Below are positions 20,192 through 29,595 of a stretch of DNA of 64,000 bases, piece by piece. Position numbers and translations under genes: made by a program. The stretch lies in contig OZ252002.1 in NCBI GenBank assembly GCA_965247265.1, positions 483,280 to 547,279 of the forward strand. Direction: 5' to 3'. Positions within the stretch are counted from its first letter, which is position 1. Every line of letters begins with the position of its first letter. Below the pieces are notes generated by a model that worked only from the letters and a program-made list of their open reading frames with translations, was not told the origin of the DNA and searched no databases. This DNA comes from Gammaproteobacteria bacterium (GTDB lineage Bacteria; Pseudomonadota; Gammaproteobacteria; UBA4575).

Positions 20192-21160
20192 ATGGCAAAA
20201 GCCAAGCGACCACAGCCACTAGCAAAACCTAATTTCATAACGCGACTGCGTTCTTATGGTCGAGATCACTTGCGTGGCATGGTGTTCAGTTTAGGTAAGC
20301 TTTATAGACAACCCTTCGCAACCACACTTACATTATTAATGATTGCCGTAGCACTAGCTTTACCATCTTGCTTATTTGTTCTTTTAAATAATTTGCAGGC
20401 TATTACCCACCAGTGGGATGATGCAGGTCAAATTACCTTGTTCATGGAAACAGATACAGATGAAAGCACCATTAAACTTTTACGTAATCGCATGCAAGAC
20501 CATCCTGCAATTAAAAGTGTCAAATATGTGTCGCCCAACGAAGCGATAAAAGAATTTCAACAACGTAGTGAATTTGGATATTTGTTAGATGGTTTAGAGA
20601 ATAATCCATTACCGCCAATTTTAATTATCACGCCCGTCACATCTGCAAAACAAACGAAAGACCTAAATGAATTGGTAAGTGAATTTCAGAATCTTTCTAA
20701 CGTGGAGTATGTGCAGTTAGATATTGAATGGTTACAACGTCTACAAACTATCACGCGTATTGTGAGGCGCATCATTGCCTTAATTGGCATGATGATAGCA
20801 ATATCTGTATTCCTTGTTGTGGGTAATAGCATTCGATTAGATATCGAAAACAGGCGTGAAGAAATTGAAGTAACAAAACTGATTGGGGCAACAGACCGCT
20901 TTATTAGACGACCATTTTTATATGGAGGTATGTGGTATGGCTTGTTAGGTGGCTTAATTGCCCTGCTGCTAGTCATTACGGTGCTTGTGATGATCAAGCA
21001 ACCTGCCCAACATTTAATTGGACTGTATGACAGTAGCTTTCAACTCATGTTACCAAGCTTTAAACAATGTTTAGGACTGGTTGCAACAAGTGTTTGCCTG
21101 GGCTTGATTGGATCATGGTTGGCAGTAGGCCGCCATATTTCAAAAATAGAGCCACGTTAA
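20192..21160 (+). CDS. ftsX: Cell division permease
   Basis: ENNPLP, NSIRL.I..RREEI.V.KLIGAT..FIRRPF. Confidence 0.96.
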   Translation: MAKAKRPQPLAKPNFITRLRSYGRDHLRGMVFSLGKLYRQPFATTLTLLMIAVALALPSCLFVLLNNLQAITHQWDDAGQITLFMETDTDESTIKLLRNRMQDHPAIKSVKYVSPNEAIKEFQQRSEFGYLLDGLENNPLPPILIITPVTSAKQTKDLNELVSEFQNLSNVEYVQLDIEWLQRLQTITRIVRRIIALIGMMIAISVFLVVGNSIRLDIENRREEIEVTKLIGATDRFIRRPFLYGGMWYGLLGGLIALLLVITVLVMIKQPAQHLIGLYDSSFQLMLPSFKQCLGLVATSVCLGLIGSWLAVGRHISKIEPR

Positions 21161-21182
21161 CTAAATGCATTTAATATGCCGT

Positions 21183-21371
21183 TTAATCATCTTTTTTAAA
21201 ACTCCCACCCATGCGTGCAAAGGGATATTCTTTTATGAGATTAGAATAGGCCTGTTTAGCCTCTTCTAAATTTGAAAACAACTCACTTATTTTTACCCAT
21301 TGATCATTACGTAAGTTAATAACGTAACAGATCGGAACTTGTGAATTTATTTGAGTAATATCAACACTCAT
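21183..21371 (-). CDS. Hypothetical 62-aa protein
   Basis: Clean ORF in intergenic space, co-oriented with Nu1-like ORF; F..LEEA..A...L...YP.A faintly resembles half a SPOR-like repeat. Confidence 0.5.
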   Translation of the reverse strand: MSVDITQINSQVPICYVINLRNDQWVKISELFSNLEEAKQAYSNLIKEYPFARMGGSFKKDD

Positions 21372-21418
21372 CCTTGATCTATGCTGAATTTATATTGAAA
21401 TAGCTTTATTTTTTAATG

Positions 21419-21631
21419 TCACCAATCAGGTTCTAGATTCGTAATTGATAAACGCCAATTAATCGCATCGGCGGTATCGAAGATAAGCTCTCGTTCTTCT
21501 GGATTTCCCACCAGACCTTTTAATCGCTTACGCAGATACGGTAGGCCACGTCGAATCCAATGATCAATGGTGGGCTGATCGACGCCAAAGGTATGGGCCA
21601 AATCAGATTTACTTACTTGTACGCCAGGCAT
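21419..21631 (-). CDS. Stand-alone winged-HTH protein homologous to the N-terminal DNA-binding domain of phage lambda Nu1
   Basis: By-eye match to Nu1 pattern V.K..LA..FG....TI..W...G.P.LR...KG...E...D.A..I.W; lacks the Nu1 coiled coil and C-terminus. Confidence 0.78.
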   Translation of the reverse strand: MPGVQVSKSDLAHTFGVDQPTIDHWIRRGLPYLRKRLKGLVGNPEERELIFDTADAINWRLSITNLEPDW

Positions 21632-21900
21632 TTATAAGTTTGTGATATTAGTTAAGTTAATAAATTGTATGGGCATGTTTATTAGGCTGTTTATGTATTA
21701 GATAAAGTACAAAATTGGGCCGATGGAAGGCCAAACAAATTTCTGTTGTAGATGCACAATTAGTAAGCTCTCTTTAACGTTCTACACAACGACTGAATAT
21801 GAGCAAAGATACTTTGTGAGAAATTTGAAACAAGCCGGAACTGGGTAAAACGTGCATACAGAGCGACGTAACCACCAAATGAGGAAGAGACTTAATTGAA

Positions 21901-22710
21901 ATGAATCAAGACGCTGTAGTGACAAGCATATTAGTTATTGACGGTTCGAGTGCCAGTCGAAAACTGGTGGCCAATAAACTTAAACACATAAGACCTGAAG
22001 TCGAGATTGATACGCGCGCAACTGTCAGCTCCGCCATGCCAAAACTTAAGGCTAAAACCTACGACCTGGTGGCTGTGGGATACACGCTACCTGACGGTAA
22101 TGGTTTAGATTTAGCCAGTAAAATTCGTAATTTAGAAAACAACGAAAAAACCCCCATTGTTATGATTTCCAGCAATGCAGATGTTGATAATTCACAAATT
22201 CGTAATGCACATGGAATCAATGCCTATTTTGACAAATCCTTAGGCATTGATGCGTTAATTGACTATTTAGAAAGTTTTTTGCCCAAACCTAAAGTACCGC
22301 CACCAAGAGTACTATTCATTGATGACAGTCAAACAGTAAATAAAGTGATTAGTCGCGTTTTCACAGATAATGAAATCCCCTTCACAATGGTTAGTTCAGG
22401 TAGCGATGCCATGGTTATGATCAGCACAATGAAAAATCAGCTTGATTCAGAATTTGACATCATGATTACAGACTTGATATTAGATGGTGATGTCTCTGGA
22501 AAAGATATCGTACGCTACATACGACAAGATCTGCGCATTGATAAGAATGCCTTTCCAATAATCTTAGCAACCGGCAGCGACAAAAATAAATTGGACTATG
22601 CGGAACTGCGAACACTGGGCGTGAATGATTTTATCAGCAAACCAGTGATTCAGGATTTGCTCCTAGCACGAATGGAACCTTGGGTTTTAATTAAAAAGAA
22701 CCTTCATTAG
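21901..22710 (+). CDS. Tandem receiver-domain protein (pseudo-REC + REC), no output domain
   Basis: REC1 ILVIDGS...DLVAVGYTLPDGNG (phospho-Asp position is Gly)...FDKS; REC2 LFIDDS...DIMITD...KP; SD-like GAGGA upstream. Confidence 0.88.
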   Translation: MNQDAVVTSILVIDGSSASRKLVANKLKHIRPEVEIDTRATVSSAMPKLKAKTYDLVAVGYTLPDGNGLDLASKIRNLENNEKTPIVMISSNADVDNSQIRNAHGINAYFDKSLGIDALIDYLESFLPKPKVPPPRVLFIDDSQTVNKVISRVFTDNEIPFTMVSSGSDAMVMISTMKNQLDSEFDIMITDLILDGDVSGKDIVRYIRQDLRIDKNAFPIILATGSDKNKLDYAELRTLGVNDFISKPVIQDLLLARMEPWVLIKKNLH

Positions 22711-22791
22711 TCGCACATTTATCCATAAAAAATATGTGGGTTATAGTTGCAACCCCTATTAAACCTACTCATTTTTGAACTATTTGCACAA

Positions 22792-22818
22792 TTAGCACTC
22801 TCTTATCAAGAGTGCTAA
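22792..22818. promoter_or_regulatory. CIRCE operator (HrcA binding site)
   Basis: Perfect TTAGCACTC-N9-GAGTGCTAA ending 31 bp before the rpoH ATG. Confidence 0.95.
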
Positions 22819-22849
22819 AATTATACTAGTCCAAATTAATGGAGATAAG

Positions 22850-23716
22850 ATGAGCAAATCAATACCGGGAACACCACTACAGACTTCAATTGCCGTTTCG
22901 ACGGGCAATTTGAAAAGCTATATTGCATCTGCCTATCAGGTACCTGTTTTAAATGCTGATGAAGAACATTCTTTGGCACTACGTCTACATGATTTTAATG
23001 ACCTAGATGCTGCAAGAATTTTAATTGTTCATCACCTGAGATTTGTTATTCAAGTAGCGCGTGGCTACACCGGTTACGGCTTGCCCCTTGCCGATCTTGT
23101 GCAAGAGGGAAATATTGGTCTCATGAAAGCTGTCAAACGTTTTGACCCGCATAAAGGCGTGCGCCTGGTTTCATTTGCCGTACATTGGGTACGCGCGGAA
23201 ATTCATGAGTATGTATTGCGCAACTGGCGTATCGTGAAAGTTGCAACAACAAAAGCTCAACGTAAGTTATTTTTTAATTTACGTAGTGCTAAAAAACGTC
23301 TTGCTTGGTTAAACCAAGATGAAATTAAAAACATTGCTGATGAACTTGGAGTTAAACCCTCCGACGTCATTGAAATGGAAAAACGTATCAGCAATAGTGA
23401 TCTTGAATTTGATCTACCTAGTGACGCTGATGAAAGTAAGTCATTTGCACCTGCTGCTTATCTAAGTCACGCATCAAATGATCCTGAAACTGAGATTGAA
23501 GATAATGACTGGCAAGCGCATCAAAACAAGCAATTAGAAAGTGCATTAAAAACACTAGACGAACGCAGTCGCGATATTATTAGCCGGCGATGGCTGGTAG
23601 AAAAGAAAGTTACCCTGCAAGAATTGGCAACAAAATATCAGATCTCTGCTGAACGTGTGCGCCAATTGGAAAATAATGCAATTAAAAAACTTAAAGCGTC
23701 TGTAGCCGATTCGTAA
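22850..23716 (+). CDS. rpoH: RNA polymerase sigma-32
   Basis: RpoH box [32 protein letters not shown]. Confidence 0.98.
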   Translation: MSKSIPGTPLQTSIAVSTGNLKSYIASAYQVPVLNADEEHSLALRLHDFNDLDAARILIVHHLRFVIQVARGYTGYGLPLADLVQEGNIGLMKAVKRFDPHKGVRLVSFAVHWVRAEIHEYVLRNWRIVKVATTKAQRKLFFNLRSAKKRLAWLNQDEIKNIADELGVKPSDVIEMEKRISNSDLEFDLPSDADESKSFAPAAYLSHASNDPETEIEDNDWQAHQNKQLESALKTLDERSRDIISRRWLVEKKVTLQELATKYQISAERVRQLENNAIKKLKASVADS

Positions 23717-23733
23717 TTTAATTGTAATTAAAA

Positions 23734-24753
23734 CTAAAATTTCTCTCTAGTAAAGAAAACCAGTGATATCACACTAAGCAGTAGCAATGCTGCGCCACCG
23801 TTATGCATCACCGCAACGCTAATTGGTAAGTGAAAAATTATATTTGATATACCAAGAAGTAATTGAGCCGACAGAATTAATAGTGTCACAACAGCGATAC
23901 TGCGTAAAACGACTGTGGTTTTATCACGCATAAATATACGTACCAGAACAGCTAACCAGTACACTGCAACCACGATTGCTAATAAGCGGTGACTTAAATG
24001 AATAGCGGTACGAGCAGGGTTCTCTAATACACCAAATTCATAGTTGGTACCGAGACCGCGCCAAAATTTAAAGCCTTCTTTAAAATCTGTCTCAGGCCAC
24101 CATTGCCCGTGGCAGGTAGGAAAATCAGGGCACGCCAGTGCTGCATAATTTGAGCTTGTCCATCCGCCCAAAATAATTTGCGCTATTAACAGTAGCAATC
24201 CAAAGAGTATAAGCGAATGAAAACTGCAATTGATCGATGACATCGAACTTTCGCGTGGTAATCTAGACTTCAAAACCAACCACCACAGTAAAACCAAAAT
24301 TGTGAGGCCACCTAATAAATGTAACATCACTATGACGGGTTTCAATAGCAAGGTCACTGTCCACATACCAAGTAACGCCTGGAATATGACTAATGCAACT
24401 AAAAGGATGGGCAACACTATAGGCTGTTCAGACGCGTTGCGATTTTTTATGGCTAAAATCGCAAGCAACAGAATTAATAACCCCAGTACACCAGCAAAGT
24501 AACGGTGGATAACTTCTTTCCACGCTTTATGTGCCTCAACAGCACGTTGAGGGAAATTCGTATTGGCCTGTTCAATTTCATATGAAGATTCTGGAACACC
24601 AAGCAAAATCCCATAACAACCTGGCCAGTCAGGACAACCTAATCCCGCATCAGAGAGTCTTACATACGCACCAAGAACAACCACAACTAATGCAAGTATG
24701 CAGGCTGACCAAGCAGTAATGTGAAAAATATTATTATGCATATGTTTAGCCAA
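23734..24753 (-). CDS. ctaA: Heme A synthase (COX15/CtaA)
   Basis: AGLGCPDWPGCYG, E..HR, ACPDFPTC, HR, HN. Confidence 0.92.
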   Translation of the reverse strand: MAKHMHNNIFHITAWSACILALVVVVLGAYVRLSDAGLGCPDWPGCYGILLGVPESSYEIEQANTNFPQRAVEAHKAWKEVIHRYFAGVLGLLILLLAILAIKNRNASEQPIVLPILLVALVIFQALLGMWTVTLLLKPVIVMLHLLGGLTILVLLWWLVLKSRLPRESSMSSINCSFHSLILFGLLLLIAQIILGGWTSSNYAALACPDFPTCHGQWWPETDFKEGFKFWRGLGTNYEFGVLENPARTAIHLSHRLLAIVVAVYWLAVLVRIFMRDKTTVVLRSIAVVTLLILSAQLLLGISNIIFHLPISVAVMHNGGAALLLLSVISLVFFTREKF

Positions 24754-25339
24754 TTTTAGAAACCTTTAGCAACCGTTTTAAATCTTTTTTCATTCCTATA
24801 GCAGTTGCATCTTTTGGGTAAGCCATCATTAAATTCCCTAAAGGATCAATCAAATAAATTGTATTCTCGCTTAAATTTTTGAATTGAGGTAATTGAGAAT
24901 AAAATTGAGTTCGGCTAATGATATAAAAATGCGTTTCTGTGTATTGTTCAATAATTGAGTTTTTAATCTCTAAAGCTACATGGTCACCGATAAATAAAAG
25001 TTTTGGCCGTACTCGCTGACTATCATGCCCTAGTGATAATCTAACTTGACGAATCTTAAATAAACTGGCTTCACAATACAGATCACATGCCTTGTTACCA
25101 AGATATAAAAATGTCCATTTACCTTCAAGTAAATAGTGCGCCAATACTTCACCATTATTATCTGTTAAGGAAAATTTTCCTAAAGGTCGTGGCGGCTGAA
25201 CTAACTCGCCGTGATTTTGCGTTTGAATGACTAAAGAACTATTAGAACTATAATATAACCACATCGCAAAAAATAATGGTGCAAAAAACACTACAAATAG
25301 TGCGAGTAAATAGGCACGGCTCTTTGTTTGTTTTTTCAC
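24746..25339 (-). CDS. SCO-like membrane-anchored oxidase assembly protein
   Basis: N-terminal TM, CDLYC (CxxxC), YLIDPLGNLMM.Y, KDLKRLLK.S. Confidence 0.8.
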   Translation of the reverse strand: MKKQTKSRAYLLALFVVFFAPLFFAMWLYYSSNSSLVIQTQNHGELVQPPRPLGKFSLTDNNGEVLAHYLLEGKWTFLYLGNKACDLYCEASLFKIRQVRLSLGHDSQRVRPKLLFIGDHVALEIKNSIIEQYTETHFYIISRTQFYSQLPQFKNLSENTIYLIDPLGNLMMAYPKDATAIGMKKDLKRLLKVSKIG

Positions 25340-26073
25340 TAAGAAGTTTTCTGTTTATAAATTTTGATATGAAAATAAAGAAAAAAGCTAAGCACGGTTA
25401 GCGTAAATGCAAACCACTGCACTGCATAACCAAAATGTCTATTTGGGGTAAATGCAAATAAGGGCCATTCAGTAACATACCCGTCGGATTGATTTGGCTC
25501 CATACGCACAGTTACATGCAGGAGCTGCAATTCAAGACGTTTCTCCATCTCGACAAAGTCTAGGAATTGTATCAATCTAGGCCATGAACTTTCACCAGAA
25601 TCAATATCGCCTAATCGAAATGGTTCACTAAATGGGACATACACTGTTCCTATAATTGAGCGTGAATTTTTGTCAATTGTAATGGTCGGAAGTTCATCGC
25701 GGGTAGAGCCCATAGGCACCCATCCGCGATCGATCAATACAACAGTATCGCTGCCTTTTAATGCAAAAGGAGTAAAAACATTATAGCCAACACGATGTTG
25801 ATGCATCTTATTATCTAATACGAATTGTTTTTCAGAGATGAATTGGCCTTGTAATCGCACACGCTGGAAACGTAATGCATCTGGATCTTCAATTGGTAAT
25901 TTTAGATTAATTGGCGCACTGTTCTTTCGTCTTTCGTTTTCAAGTAGTATTTGTTTTTTGAATTCTTCACGCTGCAACTGCCATGCGCCTAAATATGAAA
26001 AAACTAATACCCCCGTTATGGTTGCTCCTAGAATAATCCATGCTGGTTTAATCCAAGTTATTTTTATAGCCAC
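25339..26073 (-). CDS. SURF1/Shy1 family protein
   Basis: LG.WQL.R, DRGWVP, H.GYAVQWF. Confidence 0.93.
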   Translation of the reverse strand: MAIKITWIKPAWIILGATITGVLVFSYLGAWQLQREEFKKQILLENERRKNSAPINLKLPIEDPDALRFQRVRLQGQFISEKQFVLDNKMHQHRVGYNVFTPFALKGSDTVVLIDRGWVPMGSTRDELPTITIDKNSRSIIGTVYVPFSEPFRLGDIDSGESSWPRLIQFLDFVEMEKRLELQLLHVTVRMEPNQSDGYVTEWPLFAFTPNRHFGYAVQWFAFTLTVLSFFLYFHIKIYKQKTS

Positions 26074-26094
26074 AATAATAAAAACTTTAAATTT

Positions 26095-26304
26095 ATGTTA
26101 ATAAAAATAATTGTAGTGTTTTTATTTTTATGTATTTTAACGAGCATGGGCTCCGCATTGATTTATCTAGTTAAAGACAAAGGAAATTCAAAACGCACTG
26201 CAAATGCGCTCACCTGGAGAATTGCGATCTCAATTATTGCATTTTTAGTGCTTATTATTGGGTTCATGATTGGTTTAATTCAGCCGCATGGAATTTCTGG
26301 TTAA
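26095..26304 (+). CDS. Twin-TM small protein (DUF2909-like)
   Basis: S.GSAL.YL.KDKG.S.RT..ALT.RI..S, G.I.PH; usual position between coxC and SURF1. Confidence 0.85.
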   Translation: MLIKIIVVFLFLCILTSMGSALIYLVKDKGNSKRTANALTWRIAISIIAFLVLIIGFMIGLIQPHGISG

Positions 26305-26318
26305 CAGCTTGCTCAAAT

Positions 26319-26340
26319 AAAAAACGCCGCTAATGCGGCG
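26319..26340 (-). terminator. Intrinsic terminator after coxC
   Basis: On minus strand CGCCGC-ATTA-GCGGCG followed by T6. Confidence 0.7.
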
Positions 26341-26369
26341 CAGTGTATATACGTTTCCTTCAAACCCAC

Positions 26370-27242
26370 TTATAGCCAGTAAACAAAGATAAACAAACCT
26401 AACCACACCACATCGACGAAATGCCAATACCAAGCCGCAGCTTCAAAACCGAAATGTTGTTCAGCAGTGAAATGACCCAATATGCAACGCACTAAAATTA
26501 CAGCCAATATGATCGCACCTAACGTTACATGAAATCCATGAAACCCTGTAAGCAAAAAGAATGTTGACCCATAAATTCCTGAACCTAATGTTAAGCCAAG
26601 ATGATGATACGCTTCATAGTATTCTATTACTTGACACACCATAAAAATTGCACCCAATGCAACAGTTAAAAATAAACCGGCAATTAACTGGCCACGATGA
26701 TTTGCCTTTAAGGCATGATGTGCCCAAGTAATGGTAATGCCACTTGTTAATAGTATTGCAGTATTAATTGCTGGCAACCCCCATGCGCCCATGGCTTGGA
26801 ATTCCCCACCTATTTTGCCTGGTCCATTTCCTGTCTGCGGCCAAATTGATTCAAAACCTGGCCATAAGTAATTATTAGTCATAGCACCTGTACCTTCACC
26901 ACCCAACCAAGGGAGCGAATAAACACGTATGTAAAACAATGCCCCAAAAAATGCTGCAAAAAACATAACTTCTGAAAAAATAAACCAAAACATGCCCCAA
27001 CGAAATGACATGTCGACCTGTTCGTTATATGTGCCCGATTCACTTTCTCGAATAACTGCGCCAAACCAACCAAACAGCATTATTAGAAGTATTATTAATC
27101 CCGCTACGATTAACCACTTCCCCCATACCGCGCCATTTAGAAAATTGGACATACCAACCATAAAGCTACAAATTGCAATTGAACCTACAATGGGCCAATA
27201 GCTCCCATGCGGGATGTAATAACTATTGTCTGCGTGTTCCAT
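26370..27242 (-). CDS. coxC: Cytochrome c oxidase subunit III
   Basis: WFIFSEVMFF, TGFHGFHV, AAWYWHFVDVVW. Confidence 0.97.
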   Translation of the reverse strand: MEHADNSYYIPHGSYWPIVGSIAICSFMVGMSNFLNGAVWGKWLIVAGLIILLIMLFGWFGAVIRESESGTYNEQVDMSFRWGMFWFIFSEVMFFAAFFGALFYIRVYSLPWLGGEGTGAMTNNYLWPGFESIWPQTGNGPGKIGGEFQAMGAWGLPAINTAILLTSGITITWAHHALKANHRGQLIAGLFLTVALGAIFMVCQVIEYYEAYHHLGLTLGSGIYGSTFFLLTGFHGFHVTLGAIILAVILVRCILGHFTAEQHFGFEAAAWYWHFVDVVWLGLFIFVYWL

Positions 27243-27254
27243 GATTATCTCTGA

Positions 27255-27839
27255 TTAAATATTTTGTGAAGATTTTTTTAATGCTTCTTGCTCATTGCTA
27301 TTATCTGCTGTATTGCTTATATCGAAAAATGTATAAGACAACGTTATAGTTGTTATTTGACTCGGTAATTCGGGATTAATGACAAACACAACGGGCATCT
27401 CAAGTGACTGACTCGCAGCTAAGGTCTGATTTGTAAAGCAAAAGCATTCTGTTTTGATAAAGTGCTTGGCTGCAGAATTTGGAGCAACACTTGGTATGGC
27501 TTGACCAATCATTGTATTTGCCGATTTATTACTTACAAAAAATTGTGCTTGATAAGATTTGCCAGGTCGGACTTCCATTTTTGTAACAGTTGGCTTGAAC
27601 TCCCATAACATGCCTTGATTTAAGTTTGTAAGAAATTCAACAGTTACTGTACGCGTTTCATCAATTTCAAAATCAGCAACTTGCTGCTCAAAGACAGTCG
27701 CTGACTTTCCATTCAACCCAGTAATATCACAAAGCACATCGTATAAAGGCACAAGCGCATAACCAAACCCAAACATTGCAATAGCAATGAAAAATAATTT
27801 CACTGCAACTTTGCTTGGTGTTGATGTTTTAGCGCTCAT
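27255..27839 (-). CDS. ctaG: Cytochrome c oxidase assembly protein CtaG/Cox11
   Basis: VPLYD.LC..TG.NG, KTECFCF, TLSYTFF. Confidence 0.95.
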   Translation of the reverse strand: MSAKTSTPSKVAVKLFFIAIAMFGFGYALVPLYDVLCDITGLNGKSATVFEQQVADFEIDETRTVTVEFLTNLNQGMLWEFKPTVTKMEVRPGKSYQAQFFVSNKSANTMIGQAIPSVAPNSAAKHFIKTECFCFTNQTLAASQSLEMPVVFVINPELPSQITTITLSYTFFDISNTADNSNEQEALKKSSQNI

Positions 27840-27857
27840 TTACAATTTTATATATAT

Positions 27858-27968
27858 TTATTTACTTGCCATTAAAAAATAAAAGCCAATGTATATAGCA
27901 AATGCAATACATCCAAAAACAAACGCTGTGCGTTTAGCTCCTCGTTTTTGTTGTTTCAATATGCTCAT
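27858..27968 (-). CDS. 36-aa single-TM protein between coxA and ctaG
   Basis: Hand translation [36 protein letters not shown]: basic N-terminus plus one TM helix. Confidence 0.6.
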   Translation of the reverse strand: MSILKQQKRGAKRTAFVFGCIAFAIYIGFYFLMASK

Positions 27969-29560
27969 GCGTAAACCAATTCCATTCACCTTCAACATTT
28001 GGAGGCGTAGTAAAACTGTGGTATGGCGGAGGTGAGGATAATGTCCACTCTAAACCTTCAGCACCTTCCCACACGCGATCAGTTGCTTTTGCCCCACTAC
28101 GAATAGTTTGAAGCACCAACCATAAGAATATGAGTTGCGAAAAGCCAAATCCAAATGCACCGATTGTTGCCATTTGATTAAAATCAGTGAATTGCAATGC
28201 ATAGTCCGGTATGCGACGCGGCATCCCAGCTAAACCGACAAAATGCATTGGGAAAAAAGTTAAGTTTACAAATATCGCAGATAACCAAAAATGAGTTTTC
28301 CCGAGTGCTTCGTTATACATGTGCCCCGTCCATTTAGGTAGCCAGTAATAGACCGCTGCAAAAATGGCAAATATTGAACCAGGCACAAGTACATAGTGGA
28401 AGTGAGCAACAACAAAATAACTATCATGATATTGGAAATCAGCAGGCGTAATTGCAAGCATTAATCCGGAAAACCCACCAATTGTGAATAGCATTATGAA
28501 GGCAATTGAAAAAAGCATGGGTGTTTCAAATGTCATTGCTCCTTTCCACATTGTGGAAACCCAGTTGAAAATTTTCACGCCTGTTGGCACTGCTATTAAC
28601 ATGGTTGAAAACATGAAAAATAATTCGCCTGCTAAAGGCATGCCTACAGTAAACATGTGATGCGCCCACACTATGAATGATAAGAACGCAATTGAAGCCG
28701 TTGCATATACCATAGACGAATAGCCAAATAATGGTTTACGGGCAAATGTTGGAATGATGCTGGATATCACACCAAAGGATGGCAATATTAAAATATAAAC
28801 TTCGGGGTGCCCAAAAAACCAAAATATGTGTTGAAACAACACAGGATCGCCGCCACCGGCTGCATTAAAAAATGCTTGTTCCAAAAAATTTATCTGTCAA
28901 CAGCATAGTTACACCGCCTGCTAAAACAGGCATCACCGCTATTAGTAAATAGGCAGTGATTAACCACGTCCAAACAAACAATGGCATTTTCATTAACGTC
29001 ATCCCTGGGGCACGCATGTTTAAAATTGTCGCGATGACATTAATGGCGCCCATGATGGATGACATACCCATAAAATGAATTGAGAAAATCACAAATGGCA
29101 GTGCATTACCTGTTTGCAGCATTAATGGCGGATAAAGCGTCAACCCTCCTGCGGGTCCGCCACCTTCCATAAATAAAGTAGATAACATCATGGTGAATGC
29201 GAATGGCAGTATCCAAAAGCTCCAGTTATTCATGCGCGGCAATACCATATCCGTGCCGCCTATCATCATGGGAATCAACCAGTTGGCAAGGCCCGTAAAA
29301 GCAGGCATCACCACGCCAAAAATCATTACGATTGCGTGCATGGTAGTCATTGAATTGAAGAATTGTGGATCTACAAATTGCAAACCTGGCTCAAATAATT
29401 CACTTCTAATTATGAGTGCCATGAAGCCACCAATGAAAAACATGATTAGAGAAAACCAAAGATACAATGTACCAATATCTTTATGATTGGTGGTGGTTAC
29501 CCAACGCATAATTCCGGATGAATGTTCATCATGATGTTCCATTGTTACGTCCGTAGACAT
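27934..29560 (-). pseudogene. coxA: Cytochrome c oxidase subunit I (aa3, type A1), frameshifted
   Basis: Two ORFs (NHKDIG..., then [28 protein letters not shown]) split by one extra base near 28873; also GWT->GLT. Confidence 0.88.
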
Positions 29561-29595
29561 GTTTTTCTCCAAAATACTTCTAGTGTTTTATTTAA

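Noticed and set aside
21161-21900. Intact prophage or PICI at ftsX
   Set aside because: Only 740 bp, with no integrase, att repeats or other phage genes
28860-28885. Programmed ribosomal frameshift in coxA
   Set aside because: Additional damaging changes in coxA and coxB make decay or error more parsimonious; no stimulatory structure noticed
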